Assembly (NCBI GenBank): GCA_035268685.1
Contig: DATFKK010000170.1
Coordinates: 11,708-75,707 of the forward strand
DNA length: 64,000 nucleotides
Direction of reading: 5' to 3'
Origin: Candidatus Krumholzibacteriia bacterium
GTDB taxonomy: Bacteria > Krumholzibacteriota > Krumholzibacteriia > JAJRXK01
Shown here: positions 8,691 to 17,676 of the stretch, one piece after another
How positions within the stretch are numbered: the stretch's first letter is position 1
How the letters are laid out: each line of letters begins with the position of its first letter
Position numbers and translations under genes: made by a program
Notes under the pieces: model-generated
Seen by the model: the letters and a program-made list of their open reading frames with translations, nothing else
Database searches by the model: none
What the model was told of the DNA's origin: nothing

Positions 8691-11600
8691 ACGAGACCTC
8701 CCGGAGGTTCGATCCCGTCTGCCAACCCCTCGACCGTTTTCCCCTGTTGATCGAAGCGAGCGCGGGGACGGGCAAGACCTGGTCGTTGACCGCGCTGGCC
8801 ACCCGACTGGTCGTCGAGGGCAGGGTCGCCTCGATCGACCGGTTGCTGCTGGTGACCTTCACCGTGGCCGCAACGCACGAGCTGCGCGAACGTCTGCGCA
8901 CACGTCTCCAGGACACACGGAACGCGTTGATGGGCTGCAAGGTCGACGACGACTTCGTGCAGCGCCTCGTGGAGCGGTGCGACGACCGTGCGCTCGCCCG
9001 CGATCGTGTCCTGCGCGCCCTGCGCGACTTCGACGAAGCACGCGTGAGCACGATCCACGGCTTCTGCGCGCGCGTGCTGCAGGACAGCGCCTTCGAGGCG
9101 GGACTGGTCTTCGAGACCGACGAGACGCAGGACAGCGACTTCCTCCGGCAGGTGGCGGTGGCCGACGCCTGGCGTGCGCAGGTGCAGGCCGGCCCACCCT
9201 GGCGCGCGGCGTGGCTGGCCGAGAAGAGCTACCCGCCGCGCAAGGAAGGGCGGGGTCGTGATCTGTACGCCGACCTGGAGACGCGGCTGCAGTACGACGG
9301 CGCCGAGTTCCTGCCCGCCGTCGAGAGCTCGGTCGACGACGCCGACCGCGAGGTGCGCGGCATCCTCGCCGGTCTCCTGGACGACCCGGGGTTCCTGGAG
9401 TCGTTGCGGGAGGCGGTCGACACGGTGGAACAGGGCCTGGCCGGACGACACCGCGCGCGTTTCGAGGAGTTCCGTCGGATCGTGGACGAGGGCGCCCTGG
9501 CCGACGACGAGACCACCTGGTCGGTTCTCATGGGTCTGCTGCCCGGAAGGATCGAGAAGACCGTCGGCACGAAGCCGCTGAAGAACGAGGTGTGGAAGGC
9601 CGTCGTCGACCGCCTGGAACCGCTGGAGTCCTCTCTGGAGCGCGGATTCGAGGTCCTGCGGCGGGCATTGCTCGAATCGGCGGCCCGGCGCTTCGCCGCG
9701 GCCAAGCAGGCGGCGAACCTGCGCGACTTCGACGACATGATCGGCGAGGTGCACGACCGGCTGATCGACCCCGACACCCGTCGCGCTCTGCGGAACCGCA
9801 TCCGCGGCTCGATCGACGCCGCGCTGGTCGACGAGTTCCAGGATACCGACATTCGTCAGTGGACGATCTTCGAGACGCTCTTCACCGACGCGCCGTTGAT
9901 CCTCGTGGGCGATCCCAAGCAGGCCATCTACGGATTCCGCGGTGCCGACGTCTTCGCCTACCTTCGGGCGCGCGACGCCGCCCGGGCGACCACCTCGTTG
10001 CCCGGCAACCACCGCAGCCATCCCGATCTGGTCGAGACGGTGAACGCGCTCTTCACCGCCGACGGCGCCTTCGCGCTCGACGACCTGCAGTCGGGTCGGG
10101 TGCAGGCCGAGAAGTCGGCCGAGGCCCTGTCGATCGGAGATGGTCGACCGGCGGTGGAATGGATCCGGATCGACGCCGACGGGGCCCGGGAGTTCGGAGG
10201 CACGAAGAAGGACGACTACCGGCGTGCCTCATGTGCCCGGGTGGTCGAGCACACGCAGCGCCTGCTGCGGTCGCGGGTCCCGATCGACGGCGAGAGGGTT
10301 CATCCCGGACACGTGGCCGTGCTCACCCGTTCCCACGCCCAGAGCCGCGAGATGCAGGACACCTTCCGCGAGGCCGGTATCGACGCGATCGTGCGCGGTT
10401 CGGGCGACGTGCGGGCGACCGACGTCGTGGCCGAGGCGGGAGCGGTGCTCGAGGCGGTCCTCGATCCGACCGACACCCGGCGCGTCCGCACCGCGCTGGC
10501 CACGCGACTGTGGGGCGCACCGCTCTCCCGCCTCACGGGACTCGAACACGACGAGCGCGCCATGGCCGACGTCGTGGTCGAACTGGAGGCGTTGCGGGAA
10601 CGCTGGCGGCGCCGCGGCGCGTTCGACGTCCTGTCGTCGATCGTGGCCGAGCGCGAGGTCGAGGTCCGGTGGCTGTCCGAGCGCGACGGCGAGCGCGACG
10701 TCACCGATCTCCGTCACGCCATGGAGTGGATCCACGGCCTCGAGACCGAGCGTGGCCTGCGTCCCGAGGGCACCGTGGCGGCGCTGTGGTCCGAGCGTGA
10801 CGGCGACGAGAACGACGTCACGCGCCTGCGCCTGGAGCGCGACGAGCGCGCGGTGAAGATCGTCACCGCCCACGCGAGCAAGGGGCTGCAGTACCCGGTG
10901 GTGTTCGTGCCCTTCGCGTGGGAGGACCGCCCGGCACGCGCGCCGTGGGTCCACCACGATCCGGACGACCGGACCCGCGTGACCGTGGACTGGCGGACCG
11001 TCGATGCCGACGACGCGTGTCGCGAGCGCGCCGTGGTCGAAGGGCTGTCCGAGGAACTGCGTCTGCTCTACGTGGCGATGACACGGGCGGAGCGCCGCTG
11101 CGTGGTCGTCGACACCGACTTCACGCCCCGGAGTGTCGAGAAGGCCGAACGCCGTTTCTCGCCCCTGCACTGGTTGTTGCACCGGCCCGCACGAGCCGAG
11201 GGCGAATCGACGACGGGCTGGGTGGCCCGCGCGCTCGACGTGCTGAAGGCCGAGCCGGGTTCCGGGAGCCGTCACGAGGAACTCCGTCGCCTGAATTCCT
11301 GCGAGGCCGTCCGGGCCGAGGCGGAACCGACGACAGCCGATGCCGACGACGTCGGCGAACTGCGGGCGCGTGTGCTTCCCGCCGACGTGCGCGGTCGTCT
11401 CGTCCCCTGGTACGTGTCGAGCTTCACGCGCCTGACCCGCGACGTCGACCCAAGCGTCCCGCCCGAGGTCGCGCTCGCCGAACACGACGATCCCGCGGTC
11501 GAAACCACCGCCGCCGTGAGTGCGTCCGTGCCCGAGGGCATCTTCGCCTTCGCTCGTGGTCCCCGCGCCGGTGACTGCCTGCACGAGATCCTCGAGCACA

Positions 11601-12313
11601 GCGACTTCGGCGCCGATCCGGCCGATCCCGATCACCGCGACCGCGTGCGCCGGATCCTCGAGAACCACGACATGCTCCGACCGGCCGCCCACGCCGCCGA
11701 CATCGACCCCTTGCGCGAAGCGGTGGACCTGGTCGCCCGGGTGGGACGTGAACGCGTTCCCGGAGAGGACTTCGAACTCGCCCGGGTCGACGCGGCCCAC
11801 CGTGCGAACGAGTGGAACTTCCGTCTCCCGGTCGATCACCTCGACCTGCCGCGTCTCGCGCGAGCACTGCGCGACCACGCGCCGCGGGACATCGCCGACG
11901 GTCTCGTCGACGAACTGATGGCCCAGCCGGGTCGGCAGGAGGGCGGACTCTTCGGTGGCATCGTCGACCTCGTCTTCGAACACGAAGGTCGGTGGTTCCT
12001 GATCGACTGGAAGAGCAACCACCTCGGCGACGACGTCGACGACTACCATCCCGACGCCGTGCACCGCGCGATGATCGAGCACGCCTACCACCTGCAGTTG
12101 TTGCTGTACCAGGTCGCGCTGCACCGGCATCTGAGCGTGCGTCTCCGGGACTACGACTACGATCGTCACTGCGCCGGGGGCGCCTACGTCTTCCTGCGCG
12201 GACTGTGCGGACGCCCCGACCGGGGCTGGGTGCGGTGGCGGCCCGACCGGGCCCTGGTCGGCGCGGTCGACGCCTGCTTCGCCGTGGCGGCGGTGGAAGG
12301 GGGTGCGCGATGA
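8687..12313 (+). CDS. recB: Exodeoxyribonuclease V beta subunit RecB (helicase-nuclease)
   Basis: GTG start at 8687 overlaps the recC stop. Walker A is LLIEASAGTGKTWSL. UvrD-type helicase motifs are present (VDEFQDTD, VGDPKQAIYGFRGADV). The C-terminal nuclease region contains GGIVDLVFEHEGRWFLIDWKSN. Confidence 0.9.
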   Translation: MNETSRRFDPVCQPLDRFPLLIEASAGTGKTWSLTALATRLVVEGRVASIDRLLLVTFTVAATHELRERLRTRLQDTRNALMGCKVDDDFVQRLVERCDDRALARDRVLRALRDFDEARVSTIHGFCARVLQDSAFEAGLVFETDETQDSDFLRQVAVADAWRAQVQAGPPWRAAWLAEKSYPPRKEGRGRDLYADLETRLQYDGAEFLPAVESSVDDADREVRGILAGLLDDPGFLESLREAVDTVEQGLAGRHRARFEEFRRIVDEGALADDETTWSVLMGLLPGRIEKTVGTKPLKNEVWKAVVDRLEPLESSLERGFEVLRRALLESAARRFAAAKQAANLRDFDDMIGEVHDRLIDPDTRRALRNRIRGSIDAALVDEFQDTDIRQWTIFETLFTDAPLILVGDPKQAIYGFRGADVFAYLRARDAARATTSLPGNHRSHPDLVETVNALFTADGAFALDDLQSGRVQAEKSAEALSIGDGRPAVEWIRIDADGAREFGGTKKDDYRRASCARVVEHTQRLLRSRVPIDGERVHPGHVAVLTRSHAQSREMQDTFREAGIDAIVRGSGDVRATDVVAEAGAVLEAVLDPTDTRRVRTALATRLWGAPLSRLTGLEHDERAMADVVVELEALRERWRRRGAFDVLSSIVAEREVEVRWLSERDGERDVTDLRHAMEWIHGLETERGLRPEGTVAALWSERDGDENDVTRLRLERDERAVKIVTAHASKGLQYPVVFVPFAWEDRPARAPWVHHDPDDRTRVTVDWRTVDADDACRERAVVEGLSEELRLLYVAMTRAERRCVVVDTDFTPRSVEKAERRFSPLHWLLHRPARAEGESTTGWVARALDVLKAEPGSGSRHEELRRLNSCEAVRAEAEPTTADADDVGELRARVLPADVRGRLVPWYVSSFTRLTRDVDPSVPPEVALAEHDDPAVETTAAVSASVPEGIFAFARGPRAGDCLHEILEHSDFGADPADPDHRDRVRRILENHDMLRPAAHAADIDPLREAVDLVARVGRERVPGEDFELARVDAAHRANEWNFRLPVDHLDLPRLARALRDHAPRDIADGLVDELMAQPGRQEGGLFGGIVDLVFEHEGRWFLIDWKSNHLGDDVDDYHPDAVHRAMIEHAYHLQLLLYQVALHRHLSVRLRDYDYDRHCAGGAYVFLRGLCGRPDRGWVRWRPDRALVGAVDACFAVAAVEGGAR

Positions 12314-14139
12314 TCGAAGGGCTGCCCTGGCTGCAGCGCGACGATCTCGATCCCATGGCGCGCGCCTTCGCGCACACCGCGTGGCGTGCGAACGTCGAAC
12401 GGATCGGTCCGCAGCGTGCCGCCACGCTGGCCGCGCTCTGCGCGTTGCTCGTGGTCCAGAGGAGTGGCGGACACGGCGCGATCCATCCCGACGACTGGTC
12501 GTCGGTGCGCGAGCATCCCGATCTGGACGGTGTGGTCCTGCCCGACGTGGCCGCGTGGGAGCATGCGCTCGCCGCATCGCCCTGGGTCGGCGACGGATCG
12601 CAGGCCACACCGCTGGTCCGGCGCACCGACGGCAGCCTCGCCCTGTACCGCGATGATCGCGCCGAGATCGAACTCGCCCGACGGCTGCGTGCGCTCGCCT
12701 CCGACGTCGACGACACTCTGCCCACCCCCGATCGCGTCGAGGCCTTCGGCCGCTTGTTCACGCTGCGCGAACCGACGGGTCCGGCCCTGGCTGCGGCGAC
12801 CGCCCTGCGCTCGCGTCTGACGGTGGTCACCGGCGGGCCGGGCACGGGCAAGACCACGACCGTGATCCGTGTCCTCGCCCTGCTGCTGTCGGCCGATCCG
12901 TCCCTGCGTGTGGCCGTGGCCGCGCCCACGGGAAAGGCAGCGGCGCGCCTGAGCGAATCCTTCGCCGATCAGCGCGCGGGGCTTCCCGTGAGCGATCGCG
13001 TGCGTGCGGCGCTGGATCTTTCCGTGGTGACGGTCCACCGCCTGTTGCGGGCACGCCCGCACGACGGATCCTTCGGTCACGACGCCCGGCGCCCGGTGCC
13101 GCACGACGTGGTCGTGGTCGACGAGGCCTCGATGCTCGACCTCGGTCTGGCCCGGGCGCTCGTCGATGCCTTGCCACCGCGCGCGCGATTGATCCTGTTG
13201 GGAGATCCCGATCAGTTGGCCAGTGTCGACGCGGGGGCGGTGCTCGCCGATCTCGTGGCGGCGCGGACCACGCGTGGCGATCTGCGGTCGCCGGGCTTCG
13301 CGGCCTTCGCACGCCCCTTCTTCGAATCGGAGATCGAGACCGCGGCCGACGTCGACGTCTTCGCCGATGCCACCGTCGAACTCCGGGTGAACCATCGCTT
13401 CGACGCCCAACCGGCGATCGCGCAACTCGCCGAAGCGTTGCGCGCCGGCGAGCCCGATCACGTGCTCGAGGTGCTCGACACCGGCGCGTTCGACGAGGTG
13501 CGGCGCGTGGAACCGGGAGAGACCGCCGACACCCTCGATCCCGTGCTCGACGATTGGCTGCAACACGTTCCCGGTCAGGACGACGGCGACGATCTCGAGC
13601 GTTTGCGCCGGGTCGAGTCGGGGGTGCGCCTGCTGGCCGCGCTGCGCCGCGGGCCGTGGGGAGTGCAGGGATTGAACGCCCGTGTCGAGCGTCGCTTGCG
13701 GCGCCGCGCCGAACGCGCGTGGGACACGACGGAGACGTGGTATCCGGGACGGCCGGTGATGATCCGACGCAACGTCGCCGCCCTGGGCGTGTCGAACGGC
13801 GACCTCGGCGTGTGTGCGCCCGACCGTGAACACGACGGAGAACCCTCGCTGCTCCTTCGCGACTCCACGGGCTCGGTGCGTCGCCTGGCCGTGGCCCGGC
13901 TGCCGGAACACGAGACGGCCTGGGCCATGACCGTGCACAAGTCCCAGGGGTCGGAGGCCGATCACGTCCTGCTCGTGCTGCCGCGGGATCGTCACCCGCT
14001 GCTGACCCGATCCCTGCTGTACACGGGCGTGACGCGGGCGCGACGGTCGGTGACGGTGGTGGGAAGCATCGACGCGATCCGTGCGGCCGTGCGCGCGCGT
14101 GAGCAGCGACGCACGGCCCTTCGGGACCGGCTCCGGTAA
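12310..14139 (+). CDS. recD: Exodeoxyribonuclease V alpha subunit RecD
   Basis: ATG at 12310 overlaps the recB stop (ATGA). Walker A is VVTGGPGTGKTTTV. SF1 helicase motifs are present (VVVDEASMLD, LILLGDPDQLASVDAG, AMTVHKSQGSE). Confidence 0.9.
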   Translation: MIEGLPWLQRDDLDPMARAFAHTAWRANVERIGPQRAATLAALCALLVVQRSGGHGAIHPDDWSSVREHPDLDGVVLPDVAAWEHALAASPWVGDGSQATPLVRRTDGSLALYRDDRAEIELARRLRALASDVDDTLPTPDRVEAFGRLFTLREPTGPALAAATALRSRLTVVTGGPGTGKTTTVIRVLALLLSADPSLRVAVAAPTGKAAARLSESFADQRAGLPVSDRVRAALDLSVVTVHRLLRARPHDGSFGHDARRPVPHDVVVVDEASMLDLGLARALVDALPPRARLILLGDPDQLASVDAGAVLADLVAARTTRGDLRSPGFAAFARPFFESEIETAADVDVFADATVELRVNHRFDAQPAIAQLAEALRAGEPDHVLEVLDTGAFDEVRRVEPGETADTLDPVLDDWLQHVPGQDDGDDLERLRRVESGVRLLAALRRGPWGVQGLNARVERRLRRRAERAWDTTETWYPGRPVMIRRNVAALGVSNGDLGVCAPDREHDGEPSLLLRDSTGSVRRLAVARLPEHETAWAMTVHKSQGSEADHVLLVLPRDRHPLLTRSLLYTGVTRARRSVTVVGSIDAIRAAVRAREQRRTALRDRLR

Positions 14140-14216
14140 GAAGAGCCCGGGTCCCGATGCGACGCACCGGCCCGCCCCGAACGCCCGGAGCGCCCCGGGT
14201 CCACGGAGGACATCGG

Positions 14217-16049
14217 ATGGACACGACCCGATGGAGACAACGAGGACGGCGGTGGCGTCGGAGGCTCCTCCGCTTCGTTCCGCGACGCCACGGTGCGCCC
14301 GTCGAGTGGGTGTACAGCCGCCGGTACGCCGTGGACCTCGACTCTCCGGTCGTCGACCGCCGGCGCGGGCAGCGGGTGCTCACGCAGCTCGACCAGGAGG
14401 GAATCCTCCGGCAGGGCGACCTGCACCGGACGCGCCGCGTATCGCTGCGCAAGCTCCTGCACGTGCACGATCCCGACTATCTGCGGGCCCTCGAGTCGGC
14501 CGACGGTCTGTCGCGAGTGATCGGACACCCCGTCGACGCCGCGGCTGTCGACGACTTCCTGCTCGCCCAGCGGGCCATGGTGGGAGGCACGGTCCTCGCC
14601 GCACGTCTCGCGCTGCGGGACCGGCGCGTCCTCTTCAACCTCGGCGGCGGCCTGCACCACGCCATGCCCGACCGTGGCCAGGGCTTCTGCCTGTTCCACG
14701 ACATCGCGGTGGCCATCGCGCACCTGCGCGATCGCGGCTTCGGCGGCCCGATCCTCGTCGTCGACCTCGACCTGCACGACGGTGAGGGCACGCGCCGGAT
14801 CTTCGCCGACGATCCGACGGTGCACACGCTCTCGATCCACAACCGTCACCTCGACGACGTCGAGGCCGTCGAGTCGACCAGCGTGGAGCTGGGGACCGGC
14901 GTCGGCGACGAGCTCTACCTGCGGACGATCGAGGAGGTCCTGCCGCGCGTGGTGGCCGATGTCCAGCCGGGGTTCGTGTTCTATCTGGCCGGCGCCGATC
15001 CGGCCCACGACGATCGTCTGGGCGACTGGCAGATCAGCCCCGCCGCCATGCTGTACCGGGATCGGAGGGTCATGGAGATCGTCCGCCCGCAGGAGTCGCG
15101 TTTGCCCGTGGTGATCCTCCTCGCCGGCGGCTACGGGCACCAGGCGTGGCGTTACACGGCGCGCTTCGCGACCTGGCTGGCCACCGGTACCGCGGTGGAA
15201 CCGCCGACGACGGCCGCCCTGCCGATCACCGACTACCGGCGCCTGGTGCGCCATCTGAGCGAGCCCATGTTCCTGTCCGAACCCTCGGACGACGACTGGG
15301 GCCTGACCGAGGAGGACATGCCCGGACCGAACTCGATCGCGGCGAAGCGTCTGCTCGGACGTTACACGGTCCACGGAGTCGAACTCGCGCTGGAACGCAT
15401 GGGTTTCCTGCGCAAGGTGCGGTCGTTGGGTTACGAACACGTCATGGTCGAGGCCGACCTGGACAATCCGCTGGGGGACACCCTGCGCGTGGTCGCCGCC
15501 ACCCCGGACCGGCCGGTGATCATGGAGCTGCGCGGTCGGATCGAGTGGAAGATGGTTCCCGGTCTGCGCGTCCTCTTCGTGGAATGGATGCTCAGTCAGA
15601 ATCCACGCTCGGACTTCCCGGCGCACCGGCCGGGACTGTCGGGTCAGAAGCATCCGGGCACCGGCCTTCTGCGCGACGTCGCGAGCCTGCTGCTGCTCGC
15701 CTGCGAGCACCTCGAACTCGACGGGATGGCGTACGTGCCATCGCACGTGGCGCTGGCGGTGCAGTCGGCGGGACTGGCGGGCTTCGTCGACGACGAGTTC
15801 GGTCGGCACTTCCACGCCGCGTTGCGGGCGCTGCGCGGACATCCCTTCCTCGAGCGGGTGCGGCTGCTCGAGGCCGGAGCCGTGGTGGAGCAGCAGACCG
15901 GAGAGCCGATCCGATGGCACCCGACGACCATGTTGGTGCCGGTGAGCGACGCCGCGAAGCGGCGTGTCGATCCGAACTGGACGCTACCGCGCGAGGGCGA
16001 CCCGGTCTACGAGGTCGTGGAGGAACGAGAAACGGGCCGAGCGCTCTGA
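14217..16049 (+). CDS. Histone-deacetylase-family (HDAC/AcuC-like) enzyme fused to a C-terminal domain of about 270 aa, possibly GNAT-like
   Basis: ORF 14157..16049. I prefer the ATG at 14217 because GGAGGA lies 6 nt upstream. HDAC motifs: HDPDYLRAL, GGGLHHAMPDRGQGFCLFHDIAVAI, LVVDLDLHDGEGT. The C-terminal half has GQKHPGTGLLRDV (Q/RxxGxG/A-like) followed by HVALAVQSAGLAGF. Confidence 0.7.
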   Translation: MDTTRWRQRGRRWRRRLLRFVPRRHGAPVEWVYSRRYAVDLDSPVVDRRRGQRVLTQLDQEGILRQGDLHRTRRVSLRKLLHVHDPDYLRALESADGLSRVIGHPVDAAAVDDFLLAQRAMVGGTVLAARLALRDRRVLFNLGGGLHHAMPDRGQGFCLFHDIAVAIAHLRDRGFGGPILVVDLDLHDGEGTRRIFADDPTVHTLSIHNRHLDDVEAVESTSVELGTGVGDELYLRTIEEVLPRVVADVQPGFVFYLAGADPAHDDRLGDWQISPAAMLYRDRRVMEIVRPQESRLPVVILLAGGYGHQAWRYTARFATWLATGTAVEPPTTAALPITDYRRLVRHLSEPMFLSEPSDDDWGLTEEDMPGPNSIAAKRLLGRYTVHGVELALERMGFLRKVRSLGYEHVMVEADLDNPLGDTLRVVAATPDRPVIMELRGRIEWKMVPGLRVLFVEWMLSQNPRSDFPAHRPGLSGQKHPGTGLLRDVASLLLLACEHLELDGMAYVPSHVALAVQSAGLAGFVDDEFGRHFHAALRALRGHPFLERVRLLEAGAVVEQQTGEPIRWHPTTMLVPVSDAAKRRVDPNWTLPREGDPVYEVVEERETGRAL

Positions 16050-16239
16050 CGCCCGGCCCGTTCCGTGAAGGAGTCGGAGGGAGAATCTGCACTCTTCCCG
16101 GCCACGAGCGCTTCTCCTCCCTCCGTGCCGTGCACTATGGGCGAAGCCGTCCCGTATATCCAGTCTTGATTCGTGATATCGCCGATCGTTTCCACTTCGA
16201 GCCGTATCGGGTGGGGGAGGATTTCCTCGATTTTCCCCC

Positions 16240-16268
16240 TGGACAACCAAACATCTGTTTCACATACT
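16240..16268 (+). promoter_or_regulatory. Candidate sigma-70 promoter of the dinB operon (-35 TGGACA, 17-nt spacer, -10 CATACT)
   Basis: TGGACA at 16240-16245 and CATACT at 16263-16268. It lies in a locally GC-poorer 327-bp intergenic region, about 110 nt upstream of the dinB ATG. Confidence 0.45.
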
Positions 16269-16290
16269 GCCGGTCACCAAACAGATGTGT
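16249..16290. promoter_or_regulatory. Two related palindromic operator-like sites (candidate LexA/SOS boxes)
   Basis: AAACAtcTGTTT (16249-16260) sits inside the -35/-10 spacer. AAACAgaTGTgT (16279-16290) is 30 bp downstream. Both are preceded by ACC (gACAACC / gTCACC). lexA is in the operon they precede. Confidence 0.4.
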
Positions 16291-16376
16291 GGTCTCGGGC
16301 CTCCCGGATGGGGAGAAGACGAGGCACGCATCCGACGCCCCACCGGGGGCACCCTCGAATCCGGGATCCGGAGCGC

Positions 16377-17675
16377 ATGCGCCGCAAGTGGTTCGCCCAC
16401 GTCGACATGGACGCATTCTACGCGTCGGTCGAGGTGCTCGACCAGCCCCGACTCGCCGGTCGGCCGATCGCCGTGGGTGGACGCTCCGAGCACCGGGGCG
16501 TGATCGCCGCGGCTTCCTACGCCGCGCGCAGGTTCGGCGTGCGCAGCGCCATGCCCACGGCCGAAGCGCTGCGCCGCTGCCCGGAGCTCGTGCTGATCCC
16601 CGGACGCATGGAGCGCTACGCCGAGAAGAGCCGCGAGGTCATGCAGATCCTGCGGCAGGTCGCGCCCGCGGTCGAACCCCTGTCCCTCGACGAGGCCGCA
16701 CTCGATCTCACCGGCTGTGCCCGTCTGCACGGCGCCGACGTCGAGATCCGGGGCGATCGCCGCGAGGACTGGTCCCGGTTCGCCCTGGAGCTGCGCCGGC
16801 GCATTCGCACGCGCACCGGTCTCTGGTGTTCGATCGGTCTGGGCGAGACCCGACGCATCGCGAAGATCGCCAGTGACCTCCGGAAGCCGCGGGGTGTGGC
16901 CGTGGTGGAGGCCGGCGCCGGCCCGGATTTCTTCTCCGGTCTGCCCATCGAGCGACTGTGGGGCGTCGGTCCCAAGATGCGCGAGCGCCTGCGCGCGGCC
17001 GGAATCCGTACCGTGGCCGATGTCGTCGCCACGCCGCGCCCGGAGCTCGCCGCCCGCTTCGGCAAGGCCGGACCGTTGTTGCACGACGTCGTCCATGCCC
17101 GCGAGACCGGCCGCGTCGATCCCGACCGTCCACACAAGAGCGTCAGCCACGAGACCACGTTCTCCGTCGACCGTACCGGTCTCGAGGAACTCGAGCCGGT
17201 GTTGCAGAGGTTGTCCGACAAGGTCGGGGCACGCCTCCGCCGGGCCGGCCTGGCGGGGCGGGTGATCGTCCTCAAGATCCGCGACCGCGGCTTCCACACC
17301 TTCACCCGTCGGCGCTCCCTGGCCGCGGCCACCGACTCCGACACCACCATCTACGAGACCGGCCGAAGGCTGCTGGAGTCGATGGACTGGGACCGGGTCC
17401 CCGTGCGCCTGATCGGCATCGGGGTCACCGACCTGGCCAGTGTGTCGGCGCAGCAGGGCGACCTGTTCGCCAGCGAGATCGAGCGCGAACGGCCCCGGCT
17501 CGAGCGCGCCCTCGACGCGGTCCACGAACGCTTCGGTGAGGGCGCCATCGGTCACGCCCGCAGCGTGCTCGATCCACTGCGCCGCCGTGACGGCGTGTCA
17601 TGGCTGCCCAGCGCCCCCGCCCCGAGTGCGCCCAGGACGGCCGACGACGACGACTCCGACCCCAGGGAGAACTGA
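16377..17675 (+). CDS. dinB: DNA polymerase IV (Y-family translesion polymerase), catalytic residues intact
   Basis: ORF 16173..17675 trimmed to MRRKWFAHVDMDAFYASVE. Other motifs: SYAARRFGVRSAMP, SLDEAALDLTG. A possible clamp-binding QGDLF lies after the little finger. Confidence 0.9.
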   Translation: MRRKWFAHVDMDAFYASVEVLDQPRLAGRPIAVGGRSEHRGVIAAASYAARRFGVRSAMPTAEALRRCPELVLIPGRMERYAEKSREVMQILRQVAPAVEPLSLDEAALDLTGCARLHGADVEIRGDRREDWSRFALELRRRIRTRTGLWCSIGLGETRRIAKIASDLRKPRGVAVVEAGAGPDFFSGLPIERLWGVGPKMRERLRAAGIRTVADVVATPRPELAARFGKAGPLLHDVVHARETGRVDPDRPHKSVSHETTFSVDRTGLEELEPVLQRLSDKVGARLRRAGLAGRVIVLKIRDRGFHTFTRRRSLAAATDSDTTIYETGRRLLESMDWDRVPVRLIGIGVTDLASVSAQQGDLFASEIERERPRLERALDAVHERFGEGAIGHARSVLDPLRRRDGVSWLPSAPAPSAPRTADDDDSDPREN

Positions 17676-17676
17676 C

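Noticed and set aside
8366-15920. Chain of long minus-strand ORFs (8366..10021, 10229..12610, 12184..13995, 13992..15920)
   Set aside because: All lie antisense to recB, recD and the deacetylase gene, which carry clear helicase, nuclease and HDAC motifs. The translations have no family motifs and are arginine- and glycine-rich.
16173-16376. N-terminal extension of dinB (track ORF starts at 16173)
   Set aside because: The extension covers the promoter/operator region and translates to non-protein-like sequence. The canonical DinB N-terminus starts at MRRKWFAHVDMDAFY (16377).
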